Shown here piece after piece: positions 60,774-64,000 of a stretch of DNA of 64,000 bases; position 1 is the first letter of the stretch, and every line of letters begins with the position of its first letter. The DNA lies in the NCBI GenBank assembly GCA_019056785.1, contig DXJV01000068.1, forward strand, positions 32,001-96,000. Direction: 5' to 3'. Origin of the DNA: Candidatus Heimdallarchaeota archaeon (lineage in GTDB: Archaea > Asgardarchaeota > Heimdallarchaeia > JABLTI01). Below the pieces are notes generated by a model. It ran no database searches. It saw nothing but the letters and a program-made list of their open reading frames with translations, and was not told the origin of the DNA. The position numbers and the translations under genes were made by a program.

Positions 60774-61322
60774 TTGAGAGATAGACTGAAAAAATTGTGG
60801 CCTGAAATTAGCTGGATAAAAGATGAGCAGCTAAAAGAAGCTGTTTACCAAACATGGGAAAAAGCACTGGAGCAGAGCGTTCTGACTCCTGATGACCTGG
60901 AAACAATTCCCTTCACCTTACTAATCAAAGATTGTAAAGTAACTTTTATGGAACATAAGCGAGCGGTCGTACATATCGCTGTGGAATCTGCAAAAGTGAT
61001 GCAGAAATTCTTCGGTGAGAAATTGCCCATTAATATGGATAAACTCATTGCAGGGGCGATTCTCATTGATGTTGGCAAATTAATTGAGTACGTCAAAAAA
61101 GATGGAAAAGCCATTGTTGGAAAGATAGGTAAACTCTTGCGGCATCCCTTTACAGGAGTAGCGCTAGCGATGAGCTGTGGCGTGCCAGAAGATGTTTGCC
61201 ATATGATTGCTGCACACTCGAAAGAGGGCGACCTCGGAAAAAGAACCGTGGAAGCAATCATCGTTCATCATGCAGACTTTATCAGCTATGAACCATTTAA
61301 AGAAGATGTTTTACGATTCTAA
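60774..61322 (+). CDS. HD-domain phosphohydrolase-like protein
   Basis: EH...LIDVGK...RH...AHS...HAD; the HD dyad reads ID. Confidence 0.8.
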   Translation: MRDRLKKLWPEISWIKDEQLKEAVYQTWEKALEQSVLTPDDLETIPFTLLIKDCKVTFMEHKRAVVHIAVESAKVMQKFFGEKLPINMDKLIAGAILIDVGKLIEYVKKDGKAIVGKIGKLLRHPFTGVALAMSCGVPEDVCHMIAAHSKEGDLGKRTVEAIIVHHADFISYEPFKEDVLRF

Positions 61323-61375
61323 AAAAACAGTGCAAATCGCAGAAACATTACAGACAAAAGGAGCGGAAAGAGCCA

Positions 61376-62044
61376 TTACTTGTGGCGCGTCATCCGTTGG
61401 ATGAACCGCTCAACTCTTTTTCGAGGGAGCCTAACTGGTTTGCGATGTGTGGGAATGGCATAATCCCAATCGTAGTCCAAGACAGTTGATAATGTCTGGC
61501 GCCAGAGAGAAAAATCATCGTGATATTTTTTAAAGACAGGGTGGAGCAGGCCAAATAAGCGCATGAAAAGGTCACCGGCAAGAAGAATACGTTCTTCCTC
61601 TAAGAGAAGACAAAGATGACCAAAAGTATGCCCTGGGGTGTGAATGGCACGAAGCTTGAGTGTAGCGTCAACATATTCATCATGCTTGACTGTGCGAGTA
61701 ATGTGGATAGTGTTACGAGAGGGTTCTGGAAGAAATTCTGAGAAATGTTCAGCAGTATGCTCATGAGCAACAAGCGGTATAGAACGACCGCCAAGAGCCG
61801 AAAGAAGCGCTGGTAAGCCACCAATATGATCTGGATGGCGGTGCGTAAAAACAATTAGTGAAAGACGAGTAAGAGCCTCATCGCCAAGGGCAGCAAAGCC
61901 ATGGAAAAGATGCGTAGCAGAAGGGTCAAGACCAGCATCAACTAAAAGAAGAGACCTATCGGGACGTTCGAGAACAAAAACAGACTCACTTTTGAGAAGA
62001 GAACCAGAAAACGAAACAAGAGTTGGGGAAAAACGGCGAAGCAA
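61376..62044 (-). CDS. Metallo-beta-lactamase fold hydrolase
   Basis: THRHPDHIGG, TPGHT, AGD, PTH motifs. Confidence 0.9.
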   Translation of the reverse strand: MLRRFSPTLVSFSGSLLKSESVFVLERPDRSLLLVDAGLDPSATHLFHGFAALGDEALTRLSLIVFTHRHPDHIGGLPALLSALGGRSIPLVAHEHTAEHFSEFLPEPSRNTIHITRTVKHDEYVDATLKLRAIHTPGHTFGHLCLLLEEERILLAGDLFMRLFGLLHPVFKKYHDDFSLWRQTLSTVLDYDWDYAIPTHRKPVRLPRKRVERFIQRMTRHK

Positions 62045-62305
62045 GAGGGAATCACCAAAGAAGGAGAGACCCCAGTCCTAATAAAAATATCGTTGGAAAC
62101 AAAAAAGGAAAAAGCTGCTTCAAGAAAACCTAATCTAAAAATAACAATGAGAAAATTATTAGATGACTCTCAAGATAAAAGCCTCTGTTGGCGATCTCTT
62201 TCTTCAAATTGTCTTATCTTAAGAATAAATTAATAAAATAATACTAGACAAGAGTCTTAGATAATAATGGTAATCTCATTTGGAATTCAATGTTAAGTCA
62301 TTTAA

Positions 62306-63030
62306 TGGCGTAAAATCTATTGCTAGATAACAATCTGGTTATCGTTAGAAATCAAGATCCTTTGAATTTGGTGAATCTCGAGTTTTTGCTCTTAATGGTG
62401 TAGATATGGAGGTAAAAAAAAGGAGAGTTTGTGGTTATTCTTGGACCAAGTGGTGTAGGTAAAACAACTCTTCTAAACATGATTGGGGGTATTGATCTTC
62501 CAACGGAAGGGGAAGTTATTGTTGATGATGAACTAATAACTAGTTATAACCTCGAGGCGCTAAATGCTTATAGAAGGAATGATGTGGAGTAGGTGTTTCA
62601 ATTCTTTAATATTGTAGCAAGCCTTCGCGCCTGGGAAAATGTGGGGCTTGCTTTGGAGTTTCAAGGAAAATTGAAGCAAGCAGAAATAAAAGAACAAGCG
62701 TTTAAAATTCTGAAAAAAGTAGGATTAGAAGGAAAAGAAGACCGCTTCCCTAGCCAATTGTCTGGGGGGGAACAACAACGAGTAGCAATTGCTCGAGCGT
62801 TAATCAAGAAGCCAAAGATTGTGGTGGCTGACGAACCCACCGGCAACCTCGACTACTTAACCGGGCAGAGCGTTGCAGAATTAATGCGGGATCTTAATCG
62901 GCAAGAAGGGGTAACCTTTATTGTGGTTTCTCATGATTCAAACATCACAAAGTATGCAGATAGAGTTTTTCATCTTCGCATGGGTAAAATTGAGAGAATT
63001 GATGACCAATCGCAAAAAAATACCCCCTAA
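62306..63030 (+). pseudogene. LolD/MacB-type ABC ATPase pseudogene
   Basis: [14 protein letters not shown], extra A in the A8 run (62414-62421), [16 protein letters not shown], in-frame TAG at 62590-62592, then [17 protein letters not shown]; early TAA and another indel near the start. Confidence 0.85.
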
Positions 63031-63092
63031 GTCTGAGGGATAACCATACGGATTATAGTGCTTTTTCTCGTTCTTTCTTCTCTCTCCTTTTT

Positions 63093-64000
63093 CTATCGCC
63101 AATAAAAGTACATTGTTTTTGCTTTTTTCGGGAGTTCTATCCCAGACCAGTTAAAAAGATCGATCCCCAATTTTTTCTTAAAGAAAATGAAATTTGCTTT
63201 CACAAAAGGTTTGGCATTAAAATAAGGGATGTATGGTGTTTGCAAGCCTTTCCAACCTCTTTTAACTGCCTCTTGGGAGAGGAAGTTTGCCAGATCTCTT
63301 ATCTCTTTTTTCCTCAATTTATAAACATGTGCACTATCTAACCAGCCAAAGGGTATCTTTTTGCCAAATCCCGCAAGTAGAAATTCCCATGCAAGGATAT
63401 AGCCATCAACTTGACCATCTGTGTTTTCATGGATAACACAAAGAACATTCGGATTACCCAGCATCCATTTTAGAACTTCTTTCTCAGGAATAATAGAAAT
63501 GTCAGCACGCGCCACAAGCTCTTTTGTTAGGTTAAAGATTTCCTCAAAATCGTCAGGTTGGTAAAGTCGGAACACTGGCGAGTGCACCGGCTTGATTTTC
63601 TCTTTCAATTTAAAAACTAATTTTTCATACCATTTGACTTTCACTACTTGTGCGGCTGCTTCTGTGTCAAAAATACGAATCACATATTTATTTAAAGAAA
63701 CTAATCGCATAAGGGGGATGTTTGTCTCTCGTGCTACAGATTGTGAAGTATCTATTCCGTGTTGTTCGGGCTCATGAAAGGAAAAACCAGCTTCATAACC
63801 TGCTTGTTGCCCAAGCTCCAGCATTTTTTCCCCCATTGTTTTAGCCAAACCTTGCTTTTGATGTTTGGGGTGAACACAAAGCCAGGAGGGAATTGCGCTT
63901 TTGTAAACTTTCCCGTCAATTGAAAGGTTCTTATTAATCGTTCCTAAAAAACCAACTATTTCATTAGTTGGCTTATAAATTGCTCGTACAAAGAGTTCGC
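63093..64000 (-). CDS. Tandem-GNAT acyltransferase resembling N-myristoyltransferase (5' end outside window)
   Basis: Frame stays open to the window edge: ...IVGFLGTINKNLSIDGKVYKSAIPSWLCVHPKHQKQGLA...ENTDGQVDGY...LFNW. Confidence 0.7.
   Translation of the reverse strand, partial: ELFVRAIYKPTNEIVGFLGTINKNLSIDGKVYKSAIPSWLCVHPKHQKQGLAKTMGEKMLELGQQAGYEAGFSFHEPEQHGIDTSQSVARETNIPLMRLVSLNKYVIRIFDTEAAAQVVKVKWYEKLVFKLKEKIKPVHSPVFRLYQPDDFEEIFNLTKELVARADISIIPEKEVLKWMLGNPNVLCVIHENTDGQVDGYILAWEFLLAGFGKKIPFGWLDSAHVYKLRKKEIRDLANFLSQEAVKRGWKGLQTPYIPYFNAKPFVKANFIFFKKKLGIDLFNWSGIELPKKAKTMYFYWR

Noticed and set aside
62156-62267. Possible MITE (GACTCT...AGAGTC with TTATTA/TAATAA flanks)
   Set aside because: Short imperfect inverted repeat in AT-rich DNA, with no second copy or clear target duplication.
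62590-62592. In-frame TAG as pyrrolysine/readthrough
   Set aside because: The same gene has frameshifts and another early stop, the position normally holds an aromatic residue (TGG to TAG), and no pyl genes are in the window.
1-64000. CRISPR array, rRNA, transposase, retroelement; many short antisense ORFs in the track
   Set aside because: No regularly spaced repeats or such genes were seen; the short ORFs overlap confident genes on the opposite strand or frame and lack motifs.

Overview
Archaeal chromosomal window, most likely an Asgard archaeon (inferred from a longin-domain protein, an NMT-like tandem GNAT, short archaeal PurA, PurP pair, RtcB and an intron-containing tRNA). The backbone is housekeeping: dispersed de novo purine genes (purA, 2x purP-like, purE, purD, purS-Q-L, purF, purM), rtcB, a phosphate island (PiT plus two DUF47/PhoU-like genes opposite pstB-pstB-phoU-pstS-pstC-pstA) and tRNA-Arg(UCU). 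The most notable structure is two outward-facing cassettes (10517-17410 on -, 27711-32496 on +), each encoding a small secreted protein, a large FtsX/MacB-type permease and two ABC ATPase domains. The cargo proteins look unrelated, but both cassettes start from an almost identical ~80-nt non-coding leader (4 substitutions plus a 2-nt indel). This suggests a co-regulated, variable-cargo secreted-effector plus export/immunity system, and the cargo of cassette A appears frameshifted. Other highlights: a duplicated 'surface protein + membrane-anchored wHTH regulator' module with a conserved promoter and 11-bp periodic repeats, an N-myristoyltransferase-like gene at the right edge, a cooS pseudogene with a large internal deletion, and a partial GH57 gene missed by the ORF track. 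No CRISPR array, rRNA, transposase or integrase was seen. All family calls come from motif recognition by eye, not from database searches.
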